From contig NC_082710.1 in assembly GCF_030144855.1 (NCBI RefSeq), positions 153,326,001 to 153,390,000 on the forward strand: a stretch of DNA of 64,000 bases, read 5' to 3'. This DNA comes from Hypanus sabinus. Lineage: Eukaryota. The number at the start of each line of letters is the position of its first letter. The stretch's first letter is position 1. Shown here piece by piece: positions 34,180 to 46,758 of this stretch. Position numbers and translations under genes: made by a program. Below the pieces are notes generated by a model that saw only the letters and a list, made by a program, of their open reading frames with translations, had not been told where the DNA came from and made no database searches.

Positions 34180-37100
34180 TAGAAAATGGACCTTATTGTG
34201 ATTTTTCTAAGCATGTATCCATCCAGAAGTATCTTAAAAGACCCTATCGTTTCCGCTTCCACCACAGCCACTGGTAGCCCATTCCACACACCCACCATGC
34301 ACTGCATAAAAAACTTAACCCTGACATCTCCTCTGTATCGGCACCTTAAAAATATGCCCTCTCGTGCTAGCCATTTCAACCCTGGGAAAAAGCCTCTGAC
34401 TATCCACATGATCAATGCCTCTCATCATCTTATACATCTCTGTCAGGTTACCTCTCATCCTCCATTGCTCCAAGGAGAAAAGGCCGAGTTCACTCAACTT
34501 ATTCTCATAAGGCATGCTCCCCAATCGAGGCAACGTCCTTGTAAATCTCCTCTGCACCCTTTCTATGGCTTCCACATCCTTCCTGTAGTGAGGCGACCAG
34601 AATTGAGCACAGTATTCCACGTGGGGTCAGACCAGGGTCCTATATAGCTGCAACATTACCTCTTAACCCTTAAACTCGATCCCACGATTGATGAACGCCA
34701 ATGCCCATGTGTCGTCTTAACTACAGAGTCAACCTATGTAGCAGCTTTGAGTGTCCTATGGACTCGGACCCCAAGATCCCTCTGATCCTCCACGCTGCCA
34801 AGAGTTTTATCATTAATACTACATTCTGCCATCAAATTTGACCTACTAAAATGAACCACCTCACACTATCTGGGCTGAATTCCATCTGCCACTTCTCAGC
34901 CCAGTTCTGGATCCTATCAATGTCCCGCTGTAACCTCTGACAGCCCTCCACACTATCAACAACACCCCCAGCTTTTGTGTCATCAGCAAATTTACTAACC
35001 CATCCCTCCACTTCCTCATCTAGGTCATTTATAAAATTCACAAAGAGTAGAGGTCCCAGAACAGATCCATGAAGCTCACCACTGGTCATCGGCCTCCATA
35101 CAGAATATGACCTGTCTACAACTACTCTTTGCCTTCTGCGGGCAAGCCAGTTCTGGATCCACAAAGCAATGTCCCCTTGGATCCCATGCCTCCTTATTTT
35201 CTCAATAAGCCTTGCATGGGGTACCTAATCAAATGCCCTGCTAAAATGCATATACACTACATCGACGGCTCTACCTTCATCAATGTGTTTAGTCACGTCC
35301 TCAAAAAATTAAATCAGGCTCGTCAGGCATGATGCCTTTGACAAAGCCAATGCTGACTATTCCTAATCATATTATGCTTCTCCACAATGTTCATAAATTC
35401 TGCCTCTCAGGATCTTCTCCATCAACTTATCAACCACTGAAGTAAGACTCACTGGGCTATCCTTACTCCCTTTATTGATAAAGGGAATAACATCCACAAC
35501 ACTCCAATCCTCCAGAACCTCTCCTGTCCTCACTGATGATGCAAAGATCATCGCCAGAGGCTCAGCAATCTCCTCCCTCGCTTTCCTCAGTAGCCTTGGG
35601 TACATCCTGTCCGGTCCCAGTGACTTATCCAACTTCATGCTTTCCAAAAGCTCCAGTACATCCCCTTCCTTAATATCTACATGCTCAAACTTTTCAGTCT
35701 GCTACAAGTCTTCCCTATAATCACCAAGATCCATTTCCATAGTGAATACTGAAGCAAAGTATTTATTAAGTACTTCTGCCATCTCTTCCGGTTCCATACA
35801 CACTTTTCCACTGTTACACTTGATTGGTCCTATTCTCTCATGTCTTATACTCTTGTTCTTCACATACTTGTAGAATGACTTGGGGGTTTTCCTTAATCCT
35901 TCTCATAGCCCCTTCTGGCTCTCCTAATTTCCTTCTTAAGCTCCTTCCTGCTAGCCTTATAATCTTCTAGATCTCTATCATCACCTAGTTTTTTGAACCT
36001 TTCATAAGCACTTCTTTGCTCCTTGACTAGATTTAGAACAGCCTTTATACACCACGGTTCCTGTACCCTACCATCCCCTCCCTGTCTCATTGGAACTTAT
36101 CTATGTAGAACCCCATGCAAATATCCCCTGAACATTTGCCACATGTCTTCCCTACATTTCCCTGAGAACATGTTTGCAACTTATGCTTCCAAGTTTTTTC
36201 CCCTTACCCCAATTAAACACTTCCCTAACTTGTCTGTTCCTATCCCTCTCCAATGCTATGATAAAGGAGATAGAATTGCAATCACTATCTCCAAAATGCT
36301 CACCCATTGAGAGACCTGACACCTGACCAGGTTCATTTCTCAATACCAGATCAAGTACAGCCTTGCCTCTTGTAGGCTTATCAAAATATTGTGTCAAGAA
36401 ACCTTCCTGAACACAACTAACAAACTCCACCCCATCTAAACCCCTCACTCTACAGAAAAGTCAAGTCAAGTCAACTTTTATTGTCATTTTGTCCATAACT
36501 GCTGGTACAGTGCATAGTAAAAATGAGACAACGTTTTTCAGGACCATGGTTTACACGACACAGTACAAAAAACTAGACTGAACTATGTAATTTAAAAAAA
36601 ACACAGAGAAAGCTATACAAACCTACACTGGACTGCATAAAGTGCACAAAAACAGTACCGACATTACAATAAATAATAAACAGGACAGTAGGGCAAGGTG
36701 TCAGTCCATGCTTCGGGTATTGAGGATAGCTTGGGGGAAGAAACTGTTACATAGTCTGGTCGTAAGAGCGCGAATGCTTCGGAGCCTTTTTCCAGACGGC
36801 AGGAGGGAGAAGAGATTGTATGAGGGGTGCATGGGATCCTTCATAATGCTGTTTCCTTTGCAGATGCAGCCCATCAATATTTGGGAAATTAAAATCTCCC
36901 ATCACAACACCTTGTTATTATTACTCCTTTCCAGAATCTGTCTCCTTATCTGCTCCTCGATGTCCTTGTTACTATTGGGTGGTCTATAAAAAACACCCAG
37001 TGGAATTATTGACCCTTTCCTGTTCCTAACTTCCACCCACACAGAGACTCCATAGACAACCCCTCCATGACTTGCTCCTTTTCTGCAGCCATGACACTAT

Positions 37101-38330
37101 CTCAGATCAACAGTGCCACACCCCACCATTTTGCCTCCCTCCCTGTCCTTTCGGAAACATCTAAAGCCTGGCGCTTGAAGTAGTCAATCCTGCCCCTGCA
37201 CCATCCAAGTCTCTGTTATGGCCACAACATCATAGCTCCATGTGCTGATCCACCCTCTAAGCACATTCGCTTTGTTTAAAACTCCTCACATTAAAATAGA
37301 CACATCTCAAACCATGATTCTGGGTGCGTCCCCTCTCTATCACCTGCCTATCCTCCCTTTCGCACTGTCTCCAAGCTTTCTCTATGAGCCAACCTCCCTT
37401 TCCTCCGTCACTTCAGTTCGGTTCTCATCCCCCAGTAATTCTAGTTTAAACTCTCCCCAATAGCCTTTGCAAAGCTCCCCGCCAGGATATTGGTCCCCCT
37501 CAGATTCAAGCACAACCCATCCTTTTTGTACAGGTCACACCTGCTCCAGAAGAGGTCCCAATGATCCAGAAAACTGAATCCCTGCCCCTGCTCCAATCCC
37601 TCAGCCATTCATTTATCCTCCACCTCATTCTTTTCCTATACTTACTGTCACGTGGTACAGGCAGTAGTCCTGAGATTACTACCTTTCAGGTCCTGCTTCT
37701 CAACTTCCTTCCTAACTCCCTGTAGTCTTTCTTCAGGACCTCCTCCCTTTCCCCACCTATGTCATTGGTACCAATATGTACTATGTCCTCTGGCCATTAT
37801 CCTCCCCATTTCAAGATATCGTGGAAACATCCCAGACTCTGGTACCTGGGAGGCAAATTACCATCCGCATTCCTTTGTTGCGTCCACAGAATCACCTGTC
37901 TGACCCCCTAACTACTGCCATCCTCTTCCTTTCCCTACTCTTCTAAGCCACAGGGCCAGACTCTGTGCCAGAGCTGTGACCACTGTTGCTTCTCCCTGGT
38001 AGTCCGTCTCTCCCAACGGTACTCAAACAGGAGTACTTATTGTTAAGGGGGACAGCCACTGGGGTACTCTCTAGCACCTGCTTCTTGCCCTTCCGTCTCC
38101 TGTTTCCCACTTATCTGTCTCCCCAGGCCCCGGAGTGACTACCCACCTATAGCTTTTCTCTGGCACCTCCTCACTCTCCCGGACCAGATGAAGGTCATCG
38201 AGCTGCATCTGCAGTTCCTTAACATGGTCCCTAAGGAGCTACAGCTCGATGCACCTGGTGCAGATGTGGCTGTCCGGGAGTGCTGGGAGTCTCCAGGACC
38301 TCCCACATCTGACACTGAACACAGAAAGTT
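34180..38330 (-). mobile_element. Near full-length degenerate CR1 LINE (ORF1, endonuclease, RT, 3' end), interrupted by a Rex1 fragment
   Basis: Successive minus-strand remnants MEYCAQFWSPHYRKD, WIQNWLARRRQRVVV, KSLGPDRMYPRLLR and FLTQYFDKPTRGKAVLDLVL; ORF1-like sequence at 37500-38330. Confidence 0.85.
36455..36870 (-). mobile_element. Rex1/Babar 3' fragment nested in the CR1
   Basis: (TTGAC)n tail at ~36460-36475; the CR1 sequence resumes at ~36870. Confidence 0.7.
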
Positions 38331-38583
38331 AAAACTGGAGGTTAAAGGGTTAGAGTTAAAGGTGAAATATTTAACTCAAATCAAAGGGGGAAATTCTTCG
38401 GTCAGAGGGTAGTGAAAGTGTGGAATGAGCTGCCAGTGGAAATGATAGATGTGATCAGTTGTAACATACTGTATGAGCAGATAATACTGGTAGGACAGAA
38501 CACTTGGAGAGGAAACTAGTTCTGCCATTCTTTGGATGAACATATACAGTATATCTACAGCAGGCTATTGAATTTAATAATAT

Positions 38584-39140
38584 TATCAGAATCAGAATCA
38601 GACTTTAATCGCCAAGTACCTGTGCACATACAAGGAATTTACTTCCGGCAGATGTTGTCTCTCTGCTCATAACAATAATAATGATAAATATAAATGAAAA
38701 TACAGATTATACATACAGGTAGTGCAATCCAAGTAATAGTTAGCCGACAGTTAACGGGCAGTCAACTGTTCAGCAAAGTGACTGCAGTAGGGAAAAAACT
38801 TCTCCAGTGCCTATTAGTCTTAGTCTGGAGGGATCTGAAGCGCCTACCAGACGGAAGCAGTTCAAACAGTCCGTGCGCAGGATGGAAGGAGTCCTTTATG
38901 ATGTTCCCTGCCCTCTTCTTCAACCTGGAAGAGTACAGGTCCACCATAGAGGGCAGGGAGGCTCCAATGATGCGCTCGGTAGTCCTCACTGTGCGCTGTA
39001 GTCTGGTTCTATCCTGCTTGGTGGCGGCTCCAAACCACACAGTGATGGAGGTGCACAGGACAGACTCAATGACTGCAGTGTAGAACTGCAGCAGCAATTC
39101 CTGAGGCAGACCATATTTCCTCAAGAGCCGCAGGAAGTAT
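38584..39140 (-). mobile_element. Young Rex1/Babar LINE 3' fragment
   Basis: Open 120-aa ORF 38762..39124 (…HPAHGLFELLPSGRRFRSLQTKTNRHWRSFFPTAVTLLNS); (CTGATT)n tail at 38584-38602. Confidence 0.88.
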
Positions 39141-39499
39141 GGAAACTTATTTGTATCTAGCAGTGTCCATAAAATGGGTAATCATAATCCAGGTATTCGG
39201 TTGTTGCACAGTAGTATACTAAGCTTTCTAGGAAACTGAGTGCAGGAAAAGGGGTCACAGTGACTATGAAAGGAGCATGGGAAACAGAGGCCTAGTATGA
39301 AAACTGAGGCCCTGTCGAGCCAGATGCTGAACCATTACAACTTCTGATCAATTGGACACTAAATTATTGGAGTTTTACCGCATTCAGAGTCCATTTGATT
39401 ACAGGAGTATGGAAGTATGATGGCATTTGCTACTCCTGGACCTAATGTTCTCTAGGTAACCTTGTGAACTAATTTGATTGAGTTAATCCATTAACCTCC

Positions 39500-40600
39500 T
39501 CATCTCTGTCTCTATTATATTGAATGATCAGCCATGATCTCAGAATGGCGGTGCAGACTCGAGGGGCCGAATGGTCTACTTCTGCACCTATTGTCTATAT
39601 TGTCTAAATGAAAGGTTTTGCTGGTTGAAGATTTTTCAATGTCTGTGTCGTTAACATAGAATATTACAGCACAGTGAAGGTCCTTTGAATAAAGATACTG
39701 TACCGACCTTTTAGCCGCTCTAAGATCCATCAAACCCTTCCCTCCCACGTAGCCCACTATTTTCCTATCATCCATGTGTCTTTGTAACAGTCTCTTAAAT
39801 GTCCCTAATGTATCTGTCTCTATCGCCACTCCTGGCACCATGTTCCATGCACGCATCACTCTCTGTGTCATAAACCTGTCTCTGACAACCCTCCCCCTCC
39901 CCCATACTTTCCAACAATCACCTTAAAATCATGCCCATTCATATTAGCCATTACTGCCTTGGGAAAAAGTTTCTGCCTTCTACTCTATCTATCCCTCTTA
40001 ACAGCTTGCACATCTCCATCAAATCACCTCTCATCCTCCTACACTCACTGACCTCCAGGCAGAATACGATCCATCTACAACTAACCTCTGCCTCCTAAGT
40101 GCAAACCAATTCTGAATCCACATTGACAGGCTTCCCTGGATCCCATGTCTCCTGACTGTCTGAATGAGAAGCTTATTAAATGCCTCATTAAAATTTATAT
40201 CCACCACATCCAGAGCTCTACCTTCATCACCGTGTTTTGTCACATCCTCAATTCAGTCGGGCTCGTGGACATGATCTGCGTCTCACAAAGTCATGCTGAC
40301 CATCCCTAATCAGAATATATTTCTCCAAATGCTTATAGATCCAATCTCTAAAGATCTTTTTCAATAATTTGCCACCACTGAAGTGAGACTTACTGGTCTA
40401 TAATTCCCAGGGTTATCCCTACTCCCTTTGTTGAACAAAAGAATAACATTTGCCACCCTCCAATCATCTGGTACTATTCCTGTGGATAGTGAGGATGCAA
40501 AGATCATTACTAAAGACGCATTAATCTCTTCACTCACTTCCTGTAGTAAACTGGGATATAGCCTCTGTTGTGCCAATTTAGCTGGATTTTCCTTACATAT
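39500..40600 (-). mobile_element. CR1 LINE fragments
   Basis: GSRDNPGNYRPVSLTSVV and WIQNWF remnants plus 3' UTR. Confidence 0.8.
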
Positions 40601-41329
40601 TGGCAGTAAGGACATGATGAGTAAACTGACTGCTTCCATGCTGTAACCATTTTCTGTTCTAAACTGCTGAGTGTTTTAGGGTCCAAAAGTGTGATTGCCC
40701 CACTTTCGCGTTCACATACAAACCTAATCTCAAAATGAGCATTCATTGGCAAATAAATCTATTATTTTGTAAGTGCTCTGATTTTACATTTAGACATTAG
40801 TCCTTGGTAGGGAAACTTTCCAGTGACTTTAGTTTCTATCTTGATTCTCTTGACATGTTTGCAGCTGCTGTCGCACGACTGACTGAATGACTTTGGGAAA
40901 GGGGAAAATACATCAGAACAAGCACATCTTTGGCGTGACTGTTACTGATTTATTCAGCACAGACATTAAACACATGGGCTGTTTTTAACGTTTCACAATT
41001 TAGTCAGATACCGAGTATTTCAAGTTAATCAGGAACTAGAATAAAGTTAAATTTTTGTTACAACGCAGCATCCAGCTTGTGGGCTTTGATATCAAAATAT
41101 CAGTTTTACCCTCGCTGAACAGCTGTTGCTATCAGACATTTTACTATATGTTTGGTACTGCAGATACTGAATGTGTCATTTACTTTGTGTACAGCTTTTA
41201 TAAATTGTGCACTAACTTTGATTTTTTCCTGCTCCTAATTTGCACCAAGGGTTTGCTGCAGAGCCCAAAACCTTGCTAAACATAGAAACAAAGGTGTGAG
41301 GTGCAAATCCATGAGGACAAGGGAATTGG

Positions 41330-41960
41330 CACTACGCGTGCGCACAGTCTACCCGCTCCCTTCCCCCACTCTCTGCGCACGCGCAGTACGGTGCCAAGCG
41401 GCACCACGCCGACATTAACCCGAAGCCGCCATCACAGTCGAGACACCCGAGAGGGTTAAAGAGCATGTAAACGCCGCCTCTGCAGAACTGATATTCACGG
41501 AAATCGATGCATTGTGATGTTACTGTTGCATTTCGAGGGGAGAGTGCCGGAAAAAGATCGACGGGGACAAAGAAAAAAGTGGTTAAACGCCGACTGTTCG
41601 TCACGTGACCGGAGGTGGCCAATGGGCGGGCGCCTGCGGGGCGATCGCTGACGTAGCCGGAGCTTTTCTTTGTTAACATTTTGTGGAAAATGGAGGAAAA
41701 AGGGCGGTTAAAAATGAGCGGCCGTACTCGAGCACGACGCAGGGGACAGGAGAGGAGACGGCCGAGGCGAAGGCAGCGCGGCCGCGGGGCACAAGGTGAG
41801 AAACGAGTTTGATTTCGGGGTGAATTGTCGGCGAGGGGAGGCTGCCGTGTCATGTGACCGACGGCAGCCAATTAGCCGTCGAGCTGCCGAAGTAGTGGCC
41901 GTTAGTAAATGGAAGCTGGGACAAGATTTCGAACTAAATTTAAAATTAATCGCTGGCTAA
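41330..41960 (+). promoter_or_regulatory. BRD2: BRD2 distal CpG-island promoter
   Basis: CpG-rich. NRF1-like TGCGCACGCGCA 41374-41385, E-box GTCACGTGAC 41600-41609, CCAAT 41619-41623, GC box 41624-41630, CRE-like TGACGTAG ~41649. Confidence 0.8.
41660..41795 (+). other. BRD2: BRD2 upstream 5' exon 1 (start approximate)
   Basis: Strong donor CAAG|GTGAGA at 41795/41796. A matching acceptor lies at 42817 (branch CTGAC 42781-85, pyrimidine tract, CAG). Confidence 0.65.
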
Positions 41961-42169
41961 ACGGCCTCCAGCGCACGGCTTTAATGTATATCGGATAGGG
42001 CCCGGCCGTTCATCTCAGGGAAAAAAAATACACAAATTTAAAGATTTAAAAAATCTCCCTTCCCCATAACAGATACCAATCTGTTAAGCTAATTTATATT
42101 GCCTATTTTAAAATATTGTGGACATTAAAATGAAAGAATTGGGACGTAATTACTCAGTGTCCTGGGGCT

Positions 42170-43330
42170 AAAAGCATGGCGGCGACTGCCCGCTGTTGGG
42201 GATGCGTAGCAAACGCAGTTCCTTCTGTTACATCATATTTGTGGCCCTTGATTCAACCCTTTCGGCTTCAGCTTGTGTTTTTTTAAATTCAGGCAGTGGG
42301 TGGAAAACGGGCACCGTTGCTGAGGTGGCAATTTGTGTGGGAAGGGAAGGGGAGGGGGGCGGGTTGAGAGCACCCGAGTCTCCGCGGGTTAGGCGGAGGG
42401 CTGGTTATCCTCTTGCTATCCTTGTTTTTTGCTGTGTAATGCTGCCGAAGATGGCGGCCTCACCCAGCCGCCGGATCAACGGCAGCTTTCTCGGGCAACA
42501 GCATAGTAGTACACCACCTCCTTTCTTCCCCGTTATAATCCCTACTCCCCTTATCCCCCCCACCCCCCAACGTGGCGGGGAAGTCTACTCTGGGGAGCTC
42601 AGCTGCCACGATTGTATGCCTCTCTCTTCCCCCCCCCACTCCCGAGTGCAGTCCCCGCTTGAGGAGTCATAACTGGGGTGTTACCCCTTTTTATTACATC
42701 CGTCTCTGTTTAGCCTCCCTTCCCCTCTCTTGCCTAACCATCTGAATGTTTTTCCGTTACCCCTCCCTGTTGTGTAATGGCTGACTTATCCTTTCTCCCC
42801 CTCGCCCCCGCCACCAGGCCGGCCGCGTGACTCGGTCGCGGTTTCCAATCCCAGCCCGCTGCGCCCCGGGCTCCCTGCTCACATGACATTTACTGTCCAA
42901 TGGCCGTGCGCGGCGTGTGATGGACGGGCGGACTGTCTGCCGTGCTCGGCCAATCGGCGGCGGTCGCCGGGAACCGCTGGGTATAAAATGGCGTGCTCGA
43001 GCGCTGCGGCGCCATTTGCTTTTTGCTGAAACCGGAGCGGGAGAGACGTCGAGAGAGGCGAGTGGACGCGCAATCAGGCGGCATCTGATGGACACGGCCA
43101 CTCATCCGGGGCTCGACAGGTACGGCAGAGCAGTGCAGATCCTCGGCCGTGTAATGGAAGGAGTATTGAAGAGAATTGGAAGGGCAAACAGGCAGAAAAT
43201 GCCAGACGCGGAGAGAGTACCCAGGGAGCTGGAGCAGGCCCGGCAGCCGGGGCCGCCATTTTCTGCCATTCACAAACAGTATATACATACAGTACACATC
43301 CGGGCTGGGTTGCAGGGGAGTGCGCTCAGT
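42170..43330 (+). promoter_or_regulatory. BRD2: BRD2 proximal CpG island with TATA, CCAAT and YY1 motifs
   Basis: TATAAAA 42982-42988; CCAAT ~42897 and ~42950. YY1 consensus AAGATGGCGGC 42448-42458, AAAATGGCG 42985-42993, GCCGCCATTTT 43252-43262. Confidence 0.75.
43088..43119 (+). CDS. BRD2: BRD2 coding exon 1 (MDTATHPGLD; whole exon probably 42818-43119)
   Basis: ATG...GAC AG|gtacgg. The phase-2 join to 46449 gives RLQGDAGNG, equivalent to human BRD2 KLPGEGNAG. Confidence 0.85.
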
Positions 43331-46300
43331 CAACCAGGGCCGATACCACAATCAATAAATTGTAGCAATCATTTCCATGACTATTTCGATTTATCTGAAC
43401 AGCGTTCTGTCCAAAAGGATAATATTTCTCCGTTCTGCATGTATAGTTTTATGTTTTCTTTTTAATCACATTTCCAAAATGCTGCGGCTTTTGAGTTCTG
43501 AGGATATGTGTACAGTATATTTTATATAAACTATTCGGTTTATTCATTCGATCAACATTATTTTTCATATGCAATTCTCAGTATTTAATGCGTCCCAAAA
43601 CTTATGAGCCACTGAAGTTCTGTCCGATGTTCGATAATGATTTTCAGTTTGAAAGCTACTATGAAAACGGGCAAAAATTCGGGACAGTTAAACTGTCTAG
43701 TTGAAAAAGTATTTGTCTGCTAGCCCTGCATGTAATTCGTTTAGCATTAATTTGACTCCGTAGTTCTATACATTTGTTCTAGTACAACACATGGGTTCAT
43801 GTTCACAAATTTCAGACTGATGGGGTCAATGAATTGGAAATAATACGGTGGTATATCATTGTTAACTATTTGCACTGTACTGATATTTGTCAAATTAAAA
43901 ATTATCAAACTGTCATCTTATGCTTTGTTATTTTTTGATTTCTTTAACATTTCAGCACTAAAGAGTCATTTGCGTTGTTTGTAAATACAATTGTTCCTGT
44001 AGTGCAGGTATAGAACAGACTTTAGCTTCGAAAATCAAATATTTTATTGAGGCAGCGAGGGAGGGGCTCCTGGACAAGTAGCCATGTGGAAAAGTGTCAT
44101 TGTAGCATAGTGGGCGTGTGTTAGTACATCAAATGTCATTGCTAAGGAATACTGTCTCAAGTGTGGACTGTATGTCTTTTGCTGTGGAGATTTTTTTTGT
44201 ATGCCAATATTCTTATAACTAGTTAAACTGAGGTCTCACGTGGTGCCCTAATATCCTTTAATTTTATTTTTAATTTCCCCCCCCCCCAAAAAAATATCAG
44301 ATGCTTATCACTTTTTCATTTCTGAAAACCGGACAGGGATTGGGAATTGATACAAACATATTTACATAAGGGTGTTTCAGGCTGCCTTGTATATTTTCCA
44401 AGCATTATTTACTCTGTGTTTGCAGTGTCAGTGAATGATATTGGCCTGCAGTTATTACTTTATCCCAGGGTGTCCCTAAGGGATTTGATGATTCATGTTG
44501 TATTTGACTATGGAAATCAAAAGTTTTAGTTCACCTTTGCTGTATTTCATTGTTTACATTTTGTGTTCATACCTTTCTGCTGTTAAATTTGTATTCTTGC
44601 CTTCATGCATACTCACCAGTTGAGCTCCAGAAGTTTCTTCTTGAAAATGGGATTGAGGGTTAGCTCTAGCATCTAGTGGGAAGTTTGAATTGTTGGGAGT
44701 GTTGTGTGGTCACAAACAGCACAAACATATAGGTTTTGGTGAAAAATTCCTCCTTTGCTTAAGTGGTTGTTGGGTGAAGTTATGTATTGGGTTAAGTCAA
44801 TTGGGGTTATTCACTAGCCAGTAAGTTAAAGATGTTGCGCGTTGGCTGATGGTGACCTTTGGTGAGGATGCATGTTGGCCGTACTATTTCTTAGGCCTCG
44901 AGTGGGTTGTAATACATTCCCTATTTTTCCAGAGAACATGATTGTTCCCAGTTAATACAAACTGGTTTGATATAATCCATGTACTGTATAAAAACTGTAA
45001 AGGTTGTTCAGATTGTTCTATTGTCTTGATAAACCTTTTTAAGTCAAATCCTGCAAGTCTGCAATTGAGTGAAATCTCTTATGTTACATGGTTTTAAGTG
45101 TTTCAGTGTACTCCTAATGGTATTTCTATATCTTAAAGCTATTTGGAGACTACTGCATCTGTTAGCTACAATAGCTTCTCCTAACTGCACACAGTTGCTG
45201 TAACTTTTAACCTGGATGTGTTCCTCCTGATCTGATTCTCAAGTTCTGGTAGGGTTAGTTACCTGCTGATATTATTGGCTGTTAGTGACTGGATAATTTG
45301 GAAATGTTACGTGCTTTTACCACTTTACATCCCACTGCACTTGATACTATTGTACTATTAATGGTGTGACTATTGAATTGTTGATTGAAATTAGAAACAC
45401 AATTTAAATTCAAAAATTTAAAAGTAGTGTAATAATGTAAACAAAAATGGGATAGATTTGCTTGCCAGTGGGCTTTCAGGTCAATTTACAGCCATTTATA
45501 AATATGTCCTTAATCTGCTTTTAAACCCATCCTTGTTTGTAGTTGAAACATTAGCATTGACAATATATGTAGTCAGGAATTATTAGATTGTACAAGTACA
45601 AGTTAATGTTTTTTTGACTAACTTGCTGCATAAAACATTTTGTATTTCTGTGAGAATCTGAGAGGTGGTGAGAAATTGGTATGAGGTAATTCATGCTAGA
45701 GTACAGTTGTAAGCTTTTTTTGTGGAATTGCGTGGTCATGTGACACTAATATGGTTGGTTTGAAGTGTGGAGTTTCTGATTTTGTGATTTGGATCTTGAG
45801 CAGCATTTTATCTGCTTTGGCCAGTGTTTATTAACTTGAAGTTTCGGAAATGGATTCTGTTTCTGGGTGTAAATGACATTGAATGCTGCTACTTTTTTTT
45901 AAGCACTTGAACTTCTGTATACCCTTTTTTGCTTTTTGTTTCTTATAGCAAAATTTCCCATGATGAACTTAGAATTATCAGGACTGAACAGTACTGACGA
46001 CAAAGAAGACGATCTACAGCCAGGCCTTTAAGTAGTTGCCTCTATAGGGGATTCTCAGCAAACGAGCAACTGTTAGCCTGGTTTCCTAGTGGTTGGTATT
46101 TTTTATTTTATTTTATTATTTTTGTAAATTACACTATACAGTTAGTAAGGTTTGAGTGTTTACAGGATAATAGTGGATAACTGTGGTGATGGGAGGGCAT
46201 GTCTGGGTACTCTTCACTATAATGGGTCTCAAATGTTCATGTGTCATTGTCCTGCAGAATACCAAAAAAACTATCATATAAACATAGCAAAAGGAATAGT

Positions 46301-46448
46301 CTGGAGACTTTAAGCCACCATCTGAACACAGTGCTCTGTGGATTAAATATACCATAGAACCCATGTGTTGTGTAGATGCAGTTTTGTAACATCGGGGTAT
46401 TTGGTGTGGTGAGTGTTAAGTTTATTTTCTCTTTTTTTTAAATCAAAG

Positions 46449-46758
46449 GTTACAGGGGGACGCTGGTAATGGGATAACTGGGCTGTCTGGTGATCCAGCG
46501 TCTGGGAAGCGCATCCGCAAACCATCTATGCTTTATGAAGATTTTGAGAGTCCCACGGTGGCCATGTCTACTTCCGTTCATTCTCAGAACAATTTTGTTG
46601 TTAGTCCTCCTCCACCAGAGGTTTCAAATCCTAAGAAACCCGGGCGAATGACCAACCAGGTCCAGTACATGCAGAAAGTGCTCATGAAAGCCCTTTGGAA
46701 GCATCAGTTTGCATGGCCATTCTATCAGCCAGTGGATGCAGTAAAACTCAGTCTCCCG
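46449..46758 (+). CDS. BRD2: BRD2 coding exon 2 (N-terminus and start of BD1)
   Basis: caaag|G...CCG|gtgagt, 310 nt. [17 protein letters not shown] is BRD2-diagnostic; [21 protein letters not shown] follows. Confidence 0.97.

Noticed and set aside
41332-43351. Long ORFs across the CpG island (41332..41871 -, 42196..42672 +, 42757..43101 -, 42890..43351 -) as a divergent gene
   Set aside because: Stop-poor GC-rich sequence, low-complexity products, and no supporting exon chain upstream on the minus strand.
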